From NCBI RefSeq assembly GCF_040938485.1, contig NW_027271554.1, forward strand, positions 1-64,000: a stretch of 64,000 nt of DNA, written 5' to 3'. The notes beneath the pieces are model-generated. The model was not told where the DNA came from. It made no database searches and was given only the letters and a program-made list of their open reading frames with translations. Made by a program: the position numbers and the translations under genes. Shown one piece after another: positions 1 through 12,000 of the stretch. Source of the stretch: Diadema antillarum. Taxonomy: Eukaryota. The first letter of the stretch is position 1. Each line of letters begins with the position of its first letter.

Positions 1-74
1 ACAACCTCCACCATCTACAACACCTCCCCCCGAAACAACGACACCAGAAACAACAACGACAAAGCCACCGCCAG
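1..74 (+). CDS. 3' end of a partial type-A array exon (PTS tail ...TTTKPPP)
   Basis: Identical to the tail of the downstream type-A exons and ends at CCAG|GTAATG. Confidence 0.9.
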
Positions 75-3000
75 GTAATGCAATATCATATTGTCTTTAT
101 CGTGACTGATCTCAGGAAAATGTCATATTCATAGAATACCATGATGTAATTGCATGGCATCCGAATATTAAATGAATGATCAAAGTTTACTATAAACTGA
201 GAGCATTTGCATGTTTTAAAACCTAAAAATCAATTTTGTATTTCTTTGTTTCTTTGTTTGTTTTTCTTTCGAGCAACACTGAAAAGAATCATAACAGTTG
301 AAATGGCGATCGTACTTTAAACCGGACCTGCACACAATTTGGTTACCCATCCCAAAGAAAAAATAAAGAAACCTTTCTTCATGTCCAGGTATTAAAGGAA
401 TTCTAAATGAGTTGATGAATTTGACAATAACGGAATATCGCTTGGTAAACGATTACTTCTTTGTTGATTAAAGACTTGATTGTAATCAAATATGAAAGAC
501 TCAGCTATGTCCAAAATAGAAGGTAAAAAGATACTTTTGATACGAGGTTAACATGTTGCTTGAAATTGAAACATAAAAGGTGTAGAATTAGCTATCGATT
601 ATCATGTGATATCAGCTGTTGAACTTGAGTTTCAGGAAGATTTCAGTATCCTTTTGTCATCAATGGCCTCAGCCGAGGATTCTAGTCTTTGTTATTTGTT
701 GACAGTCCGATATATAAAACGTACCTTGATTTGACAGATTGCCGCAAATGTCTGAATTTCTGCGTCTGGACACCTTGGTGCAACGATGAGGCCCCTGGTA
801 GGTTGGCAAGCGATGCTCTTGTGGAAGAGGAACTTCTTTCGGATGTTCAGCACTATCCCGGATTCCCAGCCATGTGCATCATCCGCAGAGACGTGGAATG
901 CCGAACTGTCGACACTCATATGTACGCCAACGAGACCAACGACGCTGCAACGTGTGACCCTGACATTGGTCTGCAGTGCAGAAATGGTCCTCTGCGTCCC
1001 CCTTGTAGGGATTACGAAATAAGGTTCCTCTGTTGTGGTACCACGTGTCCTCCTAAATGTTGGCCAAAACCAACAACGCCCGAAATTACAACAACACAAC
1101 CTCCACCATCTACAACACCTCCCCCCGAAACAACGACACCAGAAACAACAACGACAAAGCCACCGCCAGGTAATGCAATATCATATTGTCTTTATCGTGA
1201 CTGATCTCAGGAAAATGTCATATTCATAGAATACCATGATGTAATTGCATGGCATCCGAATATTAAATGAATGATCAAAGTTTACTATAAACTGAGAGCA
1301 TTTGCATGTTTTAAAACCTAAAAATCAATTTTGTATTTCTTTGTTTCTTTGTTTGTTTTTCTTTCGAGCAGCACTGAAAAGAATCATAACAGTTGAAATG
1401 GCGATCGTACTTTAAACCGGACCTGCACACAATTTGGTTACCCATCCCAAAGAAAAATAAAGAAACCTTTCTTCATGTCCAGGTATTAAAGGAATTCTAA
1501 ATGAGTTGATGAATTTGACAATAACGGAATATCGCTTGGTAAACGATTACTTCTTTGTTGATTAAAGACTTGATTGTAATCAAATATGAAAGACTCAGCT
1601 ATGTCCAAAATAGAAGGTAAAAAGATACTTTTGATACGAGGTTAACATGTTGCTTGAAATTGAAACATAAAAGGTGTAGAATTAGCTATCGATTATCATG
1701 TGATATCAGCTGTTGAACTTGAGTTTCAGGAAGATTTCAGTATCCTTTTGTCATCAATGGCCTCAGCCGAGGATTCTAGTCTTTGTTATTTGTTGACAGT
1801 CCGATATATAAAACGTACCTTGATTTGACAGATTGCCGCAAATGTCTGAATTTCTGCGTCTGGACACCTTGGTGCAACGATGAGGCCCCTGGTAGGTTGG
1901 CAAGCGATGCTCTTGTGGAAGAGGAACTTCTTTCGGATGTTCAGCACTATCCCGGATTCCCAGCCATGTGCATCATCCGCAGAGACGTGGAATGCCGAAC
2001 TGTCGACACTCATATGTACGCCAACGAGACCAACGACGCTGCAACGTGTGACCCTGACATTGGTCTGCAGTGCAGAAATGGTCCTCTGCGTCCCCCTTGT
2101 AGGGATTACGAAATAAGGTTCCTCTGTTGTGGTACCACGTGTCCTCCTAAATGTTGGCCAAAACCAACAACGCCCGAAATTACAACAACACAACCTCCAC
2201 CATCTACAACACCTCCCCCCGAAACAACGACACCAGAAACAACAACGACAAAGCCACCGCCAGGTAATGCAATATCATATTGTCTTTATCGTGACTGATC
2301 TCAGGAAAATGTCATATTCATAGAATACCATGATGTAATTGCATGGCATCCGAATATTAAATGAATGATCAAAGTTTACTATAAACTGAGAGCATTTGCA
2401 TGTTTTAAAACCTAAAAATCAATTTTGTATTTCTTTGTTTCTTTGTTTGTTTTTCTTTCGAGCAACACTGAAAAGAATCATAACAGTTGAAATGGCGATA
2501 TCGCTTGGTAAACGATTACTTCTTTGTTGATTAAAGACTTGATTGTAATCAAATATGAAAGACTCAGCTATGTCCAAAATAGAAGGTAAAAAGATACTTT
2601 TGATACGAGGTTAACATGTTGCTTGAAATTGAAACATAAAAGGTGTAGAATTAGCTATCGATTATCATGTGATATCAGCTGTTGAACTTGAGTTTCAGGA
2701 AGATTTCAGTATCCTTTTGTCATCAATGGCCTCAGCCGAGGATTCTAGTCTTTGTTATTTGTTGACAGTCCGATATATAAAACGTACCTTGATTTGACAG
2801 ATTGCCGCAAATGTCTGAATTTCTGCGTCTGGACACCTTGGTGCAACGATGAGGCCCCTGGTAGGTTGGCAAGCGATGCTCTTGTGGAAGAGGAACTTCT
2901 TTCGGATGTTCAGCACTATCCCGGATTCCCAGCCATGTGCATCATCCGCAGAGACGTGGAATGCCGAACTGTCGACACTCATATGTACGCCAACGAGACC

Positions 3001-6000
3001 AACGACGCTGCAACGTGTGACCCTGACATTGGTCTGCAGTGCAGAAATGGTCCTCTGCGTCCCCCTTGTAGGGATTACGAAATAAGGTTCCTCTGTTGTG
3101 GTACCACGTGTCCTCCTAAATGTTGGCCAAAACCAACAACGCCCGAAATTACAACAACACAACCTCCACCATCTACAACACCTCCCCCCGAAACAACGAC
3201 ACCAGAAACAACAACGACAAAGCCACCGCCAGGTAATGCAATATCATATTGTCTTTATCGTGACTGATCTCAGGAAAATGTCATATTCATAGAATACCAT
3301 GATGTAATTGCATGGCATCCGAATATTAAATGAATGATCAAAGTTTACTATAAACTGAGAGCATTTGCATGTTTTAAAACCTAAAAATCAATTTTGTATT
3401 TCTTTGTTTCTTTGTTTGTTTTTCTTTCGAGCAACACTGAAAAGAATCATAACAGTTGAAATGGCGATCGTACTTTAAACCGGACCTGCACACAATTTGG
3501 TTACCCATCCCAAAGAAAAAATAAAGAAACCTTTCTTCATGTCCAGGTATTAAAGGAATTCTAAATGAGTTGATGAATTTGACAATAACGGAATATCGCT
3601 TGGTAAACGATTACTTCTTTGTTGATTAAAGACTTGATTGTAATCAAATATGAAAGACTCAGCTATGTCCAAAATAGAAGGTAAAAAGATACTTTTGATA
3701 CGAGGTTAACATGTTGCTTGAAATTGAAACATAAAAGGTGTAGAATTAGCTATCGATTATCATGTGATATCAGCTGTTGAACTTGAGTTTCAGGAAGATT
3801 TCAGTATCCTTTTGTCATCAATGGCCTCAGCCGAGGATTCTAGTCTTTGTTATTTGTTGACAGTCCGATATATAAAACGTACCTTGATTTGACAGATTGC
3901 CGCAAATGTCTGAATTTCTGCGTCTGGACACCTTGGTGCAACGATGAGGCCCCTGGTAGGTTGGCAAGCGATGCTCTTGTGGAAGAGGAACTTCTTTCGG
4001 ATGTTCAGCACTATCCCGGATTCCCAGCCATGTGCATCATCCGCAGAGACGTGGAATGCCGAACTGTCGACACTCATATGTACGCCAACGAGACCAACGA
4101 CGCTGCAACGTGTGACCCTGACATTGGTCTGCAGTGCAGAAATGGTCCTCTGCGTCCCCCTTGTAGGGATTACGAAATAAGGTTCCTCTGTTGTGGTACC
4201 ACGTGTCCTCCTAAATGTTGGCCAAAACCAACAACGCCCGAAATTACAACAACACAACCTCCACCATCTACAACACCTCCCCCCGAAACAACGACACCAG
4301 AAACAACAACGACAAAGCCACCGCCAGGTAATGCAATATCATATTGTCTTTATCGTGACTGATCTCAGGAAAATGTCATATTCATAGAATACCATGATGT
4401 AATTGCATGGCATCCGAATATTAAATGAATGATCAAAGTTTACTATAAACTGAGAGCATTTGCATGTTTTAAAACCTAAAAATCAATTTTGTATTTCTTT
4501 GTTTCTTTGTTTGTTTTTCTTTCGAGCAGCACTGAAAAGAATCATAACAGTTGAAATGGCGATCGTACTTTAAACCGGACCTGCACACAATTTGGTTACC
4601 CATCCCAAAGAAAAAATAAAGAAACCTTTCTTCATGTCCAGGTATTAAAGGAATTCTAAATGAGTTGATGAATTTGACAATAACGGAATATCGCTTGGTA
4701 AACGATTACTTCTTTGTTGATTAAAGACTTGATTGTAATCAAATATGAAAGACTCAGCTATGTCCAAAATAGAAGGTAAAATGATACTTTTGATACGAGG
4801 TTAACATGTTGCTTGAAATTGAAACATAAAAGGTGTAGAATTAGCTATCGATTATCATGTGATATCAGCTGTTGAACTTGAGTTTCAGGAAGATTTCAGT
4901 ATCCTTTTGTCATCAATGGCCTCAGCCGAGGATTCTAGTCTTTGTTATTTGTTGACAGTCCGATATATAAAACGTACCTTGATTTGACAGATTGCCGCAA
5001 ATGTCTGAATTTCTGCGTCTGGACACCTTGGTGCAACGATGAGGCCCCTGGTAGGTTGGCAAGCGATGCTCTTGTGGAAGAGGAACTTCTTTCGGATGTT
5101 CAGCACTATCCCGGATTCCCAGCCATGTGCATCATCCGCAGAGACGTGGAATGCCGAACTGTCGACACTCATATGTACGCCAACGAGACCAACGACGCTG
5201 CAACGTGTGACCCTGACATTGGTCTGCAGTGCAGAAATGGTCCTCTGCGTCCCCCTTGTAGGGATTACGAAATAAGGTTCCTCTGTTGTGGTACCACGTG
5301 TCCTCCTAAATGTTGGCCAAAACCAACAACGCCCGAAATTACAACAACACAACCTCCACCATCTACAACACCTCCCCCCGAAACAACGACACCAGAAACA
5401 ACAACGACAAAGCCACCGCCAGGTAATGCAATATCATATTGTCTTTATCGTGACTGATCTCAGGAAAATGTCATATTCATAGAATACCATGATGTAATTG
5501 CATGGCATCCGAATATTAAATGAATGATCAAAGTTTACTATAAACTGAGAGCATTTGCATGTTTTAAAACCTAAAAATCAATTTTGTATTTCTTTGTTTC
5601 TTTGTTTGTTTTTCTTTCGAGCAACACTGAAAAGAATCATAACAGTTGAAATGGCGATCGTACATGTACTTTAAACCGGACCTGCACACAATTTGGTTAC
5701 CCATCCCAAAGAAAAAGTCAAGAAACCTTTCTTCATGTCTAGGTATTAAAAGAATTCTAAGTGAGTTGATGAATTTGACAATAACGGAATATCGCTTGGT
5801 AAACGATTACGTCTTTGTAGATTAAAGGCTTGATTGTAATCAAATATGAAAGACTCAGCTATGTCCAAAATAGAAGGTAAAAAGATACTTTTGATACGAG
5901 GTTAACATGTTGCTTGAAATTGAAACATAAAAGGTGTAGAATTAGCTATCGATTATCATGTGATATCAGCTGTTGAACTTGAGTTTCAGGAAGATTTCAG

Positions 6001-9000
6001 TATCCTTTTGTCATCAATGGCCTCAGCCGAGGATTCTAGTCTTTGTTATTTGTTGACAGTCCGATATATAAAACGTACCTTGATTTGACAGATTGCCGCA
6101 AATGTCTGAATTTCTGCGTCTGGACACCTTGGTGCAACGATGAGGCCCCTGGTAGGTTGGCAAGCGATGCTCTTGTGGAAGAGGAACTTCTTTCGGATGT
6201 TCAGCACTATCCCGGATTCCCAGCCATGTGCATCATCCGCAGAGACGTGGAATGCCGAACTGTCGACACTCATATGTACGCCAACGAGACCAACGACGCT
6301 GCAACGTGTGACCCTGACATTGGTCTGCAGTGCAGAAATGGTCCTCTGCGTCCCCCTTGTAGGGATTACGAAATAAGGTTCCTCTGTTGTGGTACCACGT
6401 GTCCTCCTAAATGTTGGCCAAAACCAACAACGCCCGAAATTACAACAACACAACCTCCACCATCTACAACACCTCCCCCCGAAACAACGACACCAGAAAC
6501 AACAACGACAAAGCCACCGCCAGGTAATGCAATATCATATTGTCTTTATCGTGACTGATCTCAGGAAAATGTCATATTCATAGAATACCATGATGTAATT
6601 GCATGGCATCCGAATATTAAATGAATGATCAAAGTTTACTATAAACTGAGAGCATTTGCATGTTTTAAAACCTAAAAATCAATTTTGTATTTCTTTGTTT
6701 CTTTGTTTGTTTTTCTTTCGAGCAACACTGAAAAGAATCATAACAGTTGAAATGGCGATCGTACTTTAAACCGGACCTGCACACAATTTGGTTACCCATC
6801 CCAAAGAAAAAATAAAGAAACCTTTCTTCATGTCCAGGTATTAAAGGAATTCTAAATGAGTTGATGAATTTGACAATAACGGAATATCGCTTGGTAAACG
6901 ATTACTTCTTTGTTGATTAAAGACTTGATTGTAATCAAATATGAAAGACTCAGCTATGTCCAAAATAGAAGGTAAAAAGATACTTTTGATACGAGGTTAA
7001 CATGTTGCTTGAAACTGAAACATAAAAGGTGTAGAATTAGCTATCGATTATCATGTGATATCAGCTGTTGAACTTGAGTTTCAGGAAGATTTCAGTATCC
7101 TTTTGTCATCAATGGCCTCAGCCGAGGATTCTAGTCTTTGTTATTTGTTGACAGTCCGATATATAAAACGTACCTTGATTTGACAGATTGCCGCAAATGT
7201 CTGAATTTCTGCGTCTGGACACCTTGGTGCAACGATGAGGCCCCTGGTAGGTTGGCAAGCGATGCTCTTGTGGAAGAGGAACTTCTTTCGGATGTTCAGC
7301 ACTATCCCGGATTCCCAGCCATGTGCATCATCCGCAGAGACGTGGAATGCCGAACTGTCGACACTCATATGTACGCCAACGAGACCAACGACGCTGCAAC
7401 GTGTGACCCTGACATTGGTCTGCAGTGCAGAAATGGTCCTCTGCGTCCCCCTTGTAGGGATTACGAAATAAGGTTCCTCTGTTGTGGTACCACGTGTCCT
7501 CCTAAATGTTGGCCAAAACCAACAACGCCCGAAATTACAACAACACAACCTCCACCATCTACAACACCTCCCCCCGAAACAACGACACCAGAAACAACAA
7601 CGACAAAGCCACCGCCAGGTAATGCAATATCATATTGTCTTTATCGTGACTGATCTCAGGAAAATGTCATATTCATAGAATACCATGATGTAATTGCATG
7701 GCATCCGAATATTAAATGAATGATCAAAGTTTACTATAAACTGAGAGCATTTGCATGTTTTAAAACCTAAAAATCAATTTTGTATTTCTTTGTTTCTTTG
7801 TTTGTTTTTCTTTCGAGCAGCACTGAAAAGAATCATAACAGTTGAAATGGCGATCGTACTTTAAACCGGACCTGCACACAATTTGGTTACCCATCCCAAA
7901 GAAAAAATAAAGAAACCTTTCTTCATGTCCAGGTATTAAAGGAATTCTAAATGAGTTGATGAATTTGACAATAACGGAATATCGCTTGGTAAACGATTAC
8001 TTCTTTGTTGATTAAAGACTTGATTGTAATCAAATATGAAAGACTCAGCTATGTCCAAAATAGAAGGTAAAATGATACTTTTGATACGAGGTTAACATGT
8101 TGCTTGAAATTGAAACATAAAAGGTGTAGAATTAGCTATCGATTATCATGTGATATCAGCTGTTGAACTTGAGTTTCAGGAAGATTTCAGTATCCTTTTG
8201 TCATCAATGGCCTCAGCCGAGGATTCTAGTCTTTGTTATTTGTTGACAGTCCGATATATAAAACGTACCTTGATTTGACAGATTGCCGCAAATGTCTGAA
8301 TTTCTGCGTCTGGACACCTTGGTGCAACGATGAGGCCCCTGGTAGGTTGGCAAGCGATGCTCTTGTGGAAGAGGAACTTCTTTCGGATGTTCAGCACTAT
8401 CCCGGATTCCCAGCCATGTGCATCATCCGCAGAGACGTGGAATGCCGAACTGTCGACACTCATATGTACGCCAACGAGACCAACGACGCTGCAACGTGTG
8501 ACCCTGACATTGGTCTGCAGTGCAGAAATGGTCCTCTGCGTCCCCCTTGTAGGGATTACGAAATAAGGTTCCTCTGTTGTGGTACCACGTGTCCTCCTAA
8601 ATGTTGGCCAAAACCAACAACGCCCGAAATTACAACAACACAACCTCCACCATCTACAACACCTCCCCCCGAAACAACGACACCAGAAACAACAACGACA
8701 AAGCCACCGCCAGGTAATGCAATATCATATTGTCTTTATCGTGACTGATCTCAGGAAAATGTCATATTCATAGAATACCATGATGTAATTGCATGGCATC
8801 CGAATATTAAATGAATGATCAAAGTTTACTATAAACTGAGAGCATTTGCATGTTTTAAAACCTAAAAATCAATTTTGTATTTCTTTGTTTCTTTGTTTGT
8901 TTTTCTTTCGAGCAGCACTGAAAAGAATCATAACAGTTGAAATGGCGATCGTACTTTAAACCGGACCTGCACACAATTTGGTTACCCATCCCAAAGAAAA

Positions 9001-12000
9001 AATAAAGAAACCTTTCTTCATGTCCAGGTATTAAAGGAATTCTAAATGAGTTGATGAATTTGACAATAACGGAATATCGCTTGGTAAACGATTACTTCTT
9101 TGTTGATTAAAGACTTGATTGTAATCAAATATGAAAGACTCAGCTATGTCCAAAATAGAAGGTAAAATGATACTTTTGATACGAGGTTAACATGTTGCTT
9201 GAAATTGAAACATAAAAGGTGTAGAATTAGCTATCGATTATCATGTGATATCAGCTGTTGAACTTGAGTTTCAGGAAGATTTCAGTATCCTTTTGTCATC
9301 AATGGCCTCAGCCGAGGATTCTAGTCTTTGTTATTTGTTGACAGTCCGATATATAAAACGTACCTTGATTTGACAGATTGCCGCAAATGTCTGAATTTCT
9401 GCGTCTGGACACCTTGGTGCAACGATGAGGCCCCTGGTAGGTTGGCAAGCGATGCTCTTGTGGAAGAGGAACTTCTTTCGGATGTTCAGCACTATCCCGG
9501 ATTCCCAGCCATGTGCATCATCCGCAGAGACGTGGAATGCCGAACTGTCGACACTCATATGTACGCCAACGAGACCAACGACGCTGCAACGTGTGACCCT
9601 GACATTGGTCTGCAGTGCAGAAATGGTCCTCTGCGTCCCCCTTGTAGGGATTACGAAATAAGGTTCCTCTGTTGTGGTACCACGTGTCCTCCTAAATGTT
9701 GGCCAAAACCAACAACGCCCGAAATTACAACAACACAACCTCCACCATCTACAACACCTCCCCCCGAAACAACGACACCAGAAACAACAACGACAAAGCC
9801 ACCGCCAGGTAATGCAATATCATATTGTCTTTATCGTGACTGATCTCAGGAAAATGTCATATTCATAGAATACCATGATGTAATTGCATGGCATCCGAAT
9901 ATTAAATGAATGATCAAAGTTTACTATAAACTGAGAGCATTTGCATGTTTTAAAACCTAAAAATCAATTTTGTATTTCTTTGTTTCTTTGTTTGTTTTTC
10001 TTTCGAGCAGCACTGAAAAGAATCATAACAGTTGAAATGGCGATCGTACTTTAAACCGGACCTGCACACAATTTGGTTACCCATCCCAAAGAAAAAATAA
10101 AGAAACCTTTCTTCATGTCCAGGTATTAAAGGAATTCTAAATGAGTTGATGAATTTGACAATAACGGAATATCGCTTGGTAAACGATTACTTCTTTGTTG
10201 ATTAAAGACTTGATTGTAATCAAATATGAAAGACTCAGCTATGTCCAAAATAGAAGGTAAAAAGATACTTTTGATACGAGGTTAACATGTTGCTTGAAAT
10301 TGAAACATAAAAGGTGTAGAATTAGCTATCGATTATCATGTGATATCAGCTGTTGAACTTGAGTTTCAGGAAGATTTCAGTATCCTTTTGTCATCAATGG
10401 CCTCAGCCGAGGATTCTAGTCTTTGTTATTTGTTGACAGTCCGATATATAAAACGTACCTTGATTTGACAGATTGCCGCAAATGTCTGAATTTCTGCGTC
10501 TGGACACCTTGGTGCAACGATGAGGCCCCTGGTAGGTTGGCAAGCGATGCTCTTGTGGAAGAGGAACTTCTTTCGGATGTTCAGCACTATCCCGGATTCC
10601 CAGCCATGTGCATCATCCGCAGAGACGTGGAATGCCGAACTGTCGACACTCATATGTACGCCAACGAGACCAACGACGCTGCAACGTGTGACCCTGACAT
10701 TGGTCTGCAGTGCAGAAATGGTCCTCTGCGTCCCCCTTGTAGGGATTACGAAATAAGGTTCCTCTGTTGTGGTACCACGTGTCCTCCTAAATGTTGGCCA
10801 AAACCAACAACGCCCGAAATTACAACAACACAACCTCCACCATCTACAACACCTCCCCCCGAAACAACGACACCAGAAACAACAACGACAAAGCCACCGC
10901 CAGGTAATGCAATATCATATTGTCTTTATCGTGACTGATCTCAGGAAAATGTCATATTCATAGAATACCATGATGTAATTGCATGGCATCCGAATATTAA
11001 ATGAATGATCAAAGTTTACTATAAACTGAGAGCATTTGCATGTTTTAAAACCTAAAAATCAATTTTGTATTTCTTTGTTTCTTTGTTTGTTTTTCTTTCG
11101 AGCAACACTGAAAAGAATCATAACAGTTGAAATGGCGATCGTACTTTAAACCGGACCTGCACACAATTTGGTTACCCATCCCAAAGAAAAAATAAAGAAA
11201 CCTTTCTTCATGTCCAGGTATTAAAGGAATTCTAAATGAGTTGATGAATTTGACAATAACGGAATATCGCTTGGTAAACGATTACTTCTTTGTTGATTAA
11301 AGACTTGATTGTAATCAAATATGAAAGACTCAGCTATGTCCAAAATAGAAGGTAAAAAGATACTTTTGATACGAGGTTAACATGTTGCTTGAAATTGAAA
11401 CATAAAAGGTGTAGAATTAGCTATCGATTATCATGTGATATCAGCTGTTGAACTTGAGTTTCAGGAAGATTTCAGTATCCTTTTGTCATCAATGGCCTCA
11501 GCCGAGGATTCTAGTCTTTGTTATTTGTTGACAGTCCGATATATAAAACGTACCTTGATTTGACAGATTGCCGCAAATGTCTGAATTTCTGCGTCTGGAC
11601 ACCTTGGTGCAACGATGAGGCCCCTGGTAGGTTGGCAAGCGATGCTCTTGTGGAAGAGGAACTTCTTTCGGATGTTCAGCACTATCCTGGATTCCCAGCC
11701 ATGTGCATCATCCGCAGAGACGTGGAATGCCGAACTGTCGACACTCATATGTACGCCAACGAGACCAACGACGCTGCAACGTGTGACCCTGACATTGGTC
11801 TGCAGTGCAGAAATGGTCCTCTGCGTCCCCCTTGTAGGGATTACGAAATAAGGTTCCTCTGTTGTGGTACCACGTGTCCTCCTAAATGTTGGCCAAAACC
11901 AACACCGCCCGAAATTACAACACCACATTCTCCACCACCTACAACAACTATCGAGACAACGACACCAGAAACAACTACGCCGGAAAGGCCAGGTAATGCA

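Larger units (their letters stand above)
1..11992 (+). repeat. Tandem array A: exon+intron unit of about 1095 bp, 11 copies plus a partial copy
   Basis: ORF spacings are 1094, 969, 1095, 1095, 1101 and 1095 x5. Units are nearly identical, including the introns. Confidence 0.97.

Noticed and set aside
695-737. Alternative upstream acceptor TTGACAG (704-705) in each A intron that would give a stop after about 10 codons (poison splice)
   Set aside because: There is no evidence of use. The overlapping TTGAC fits a branch-point motif about 36 nt upstream of the productive AG, which would mask this AG. Junction reads would be needed.
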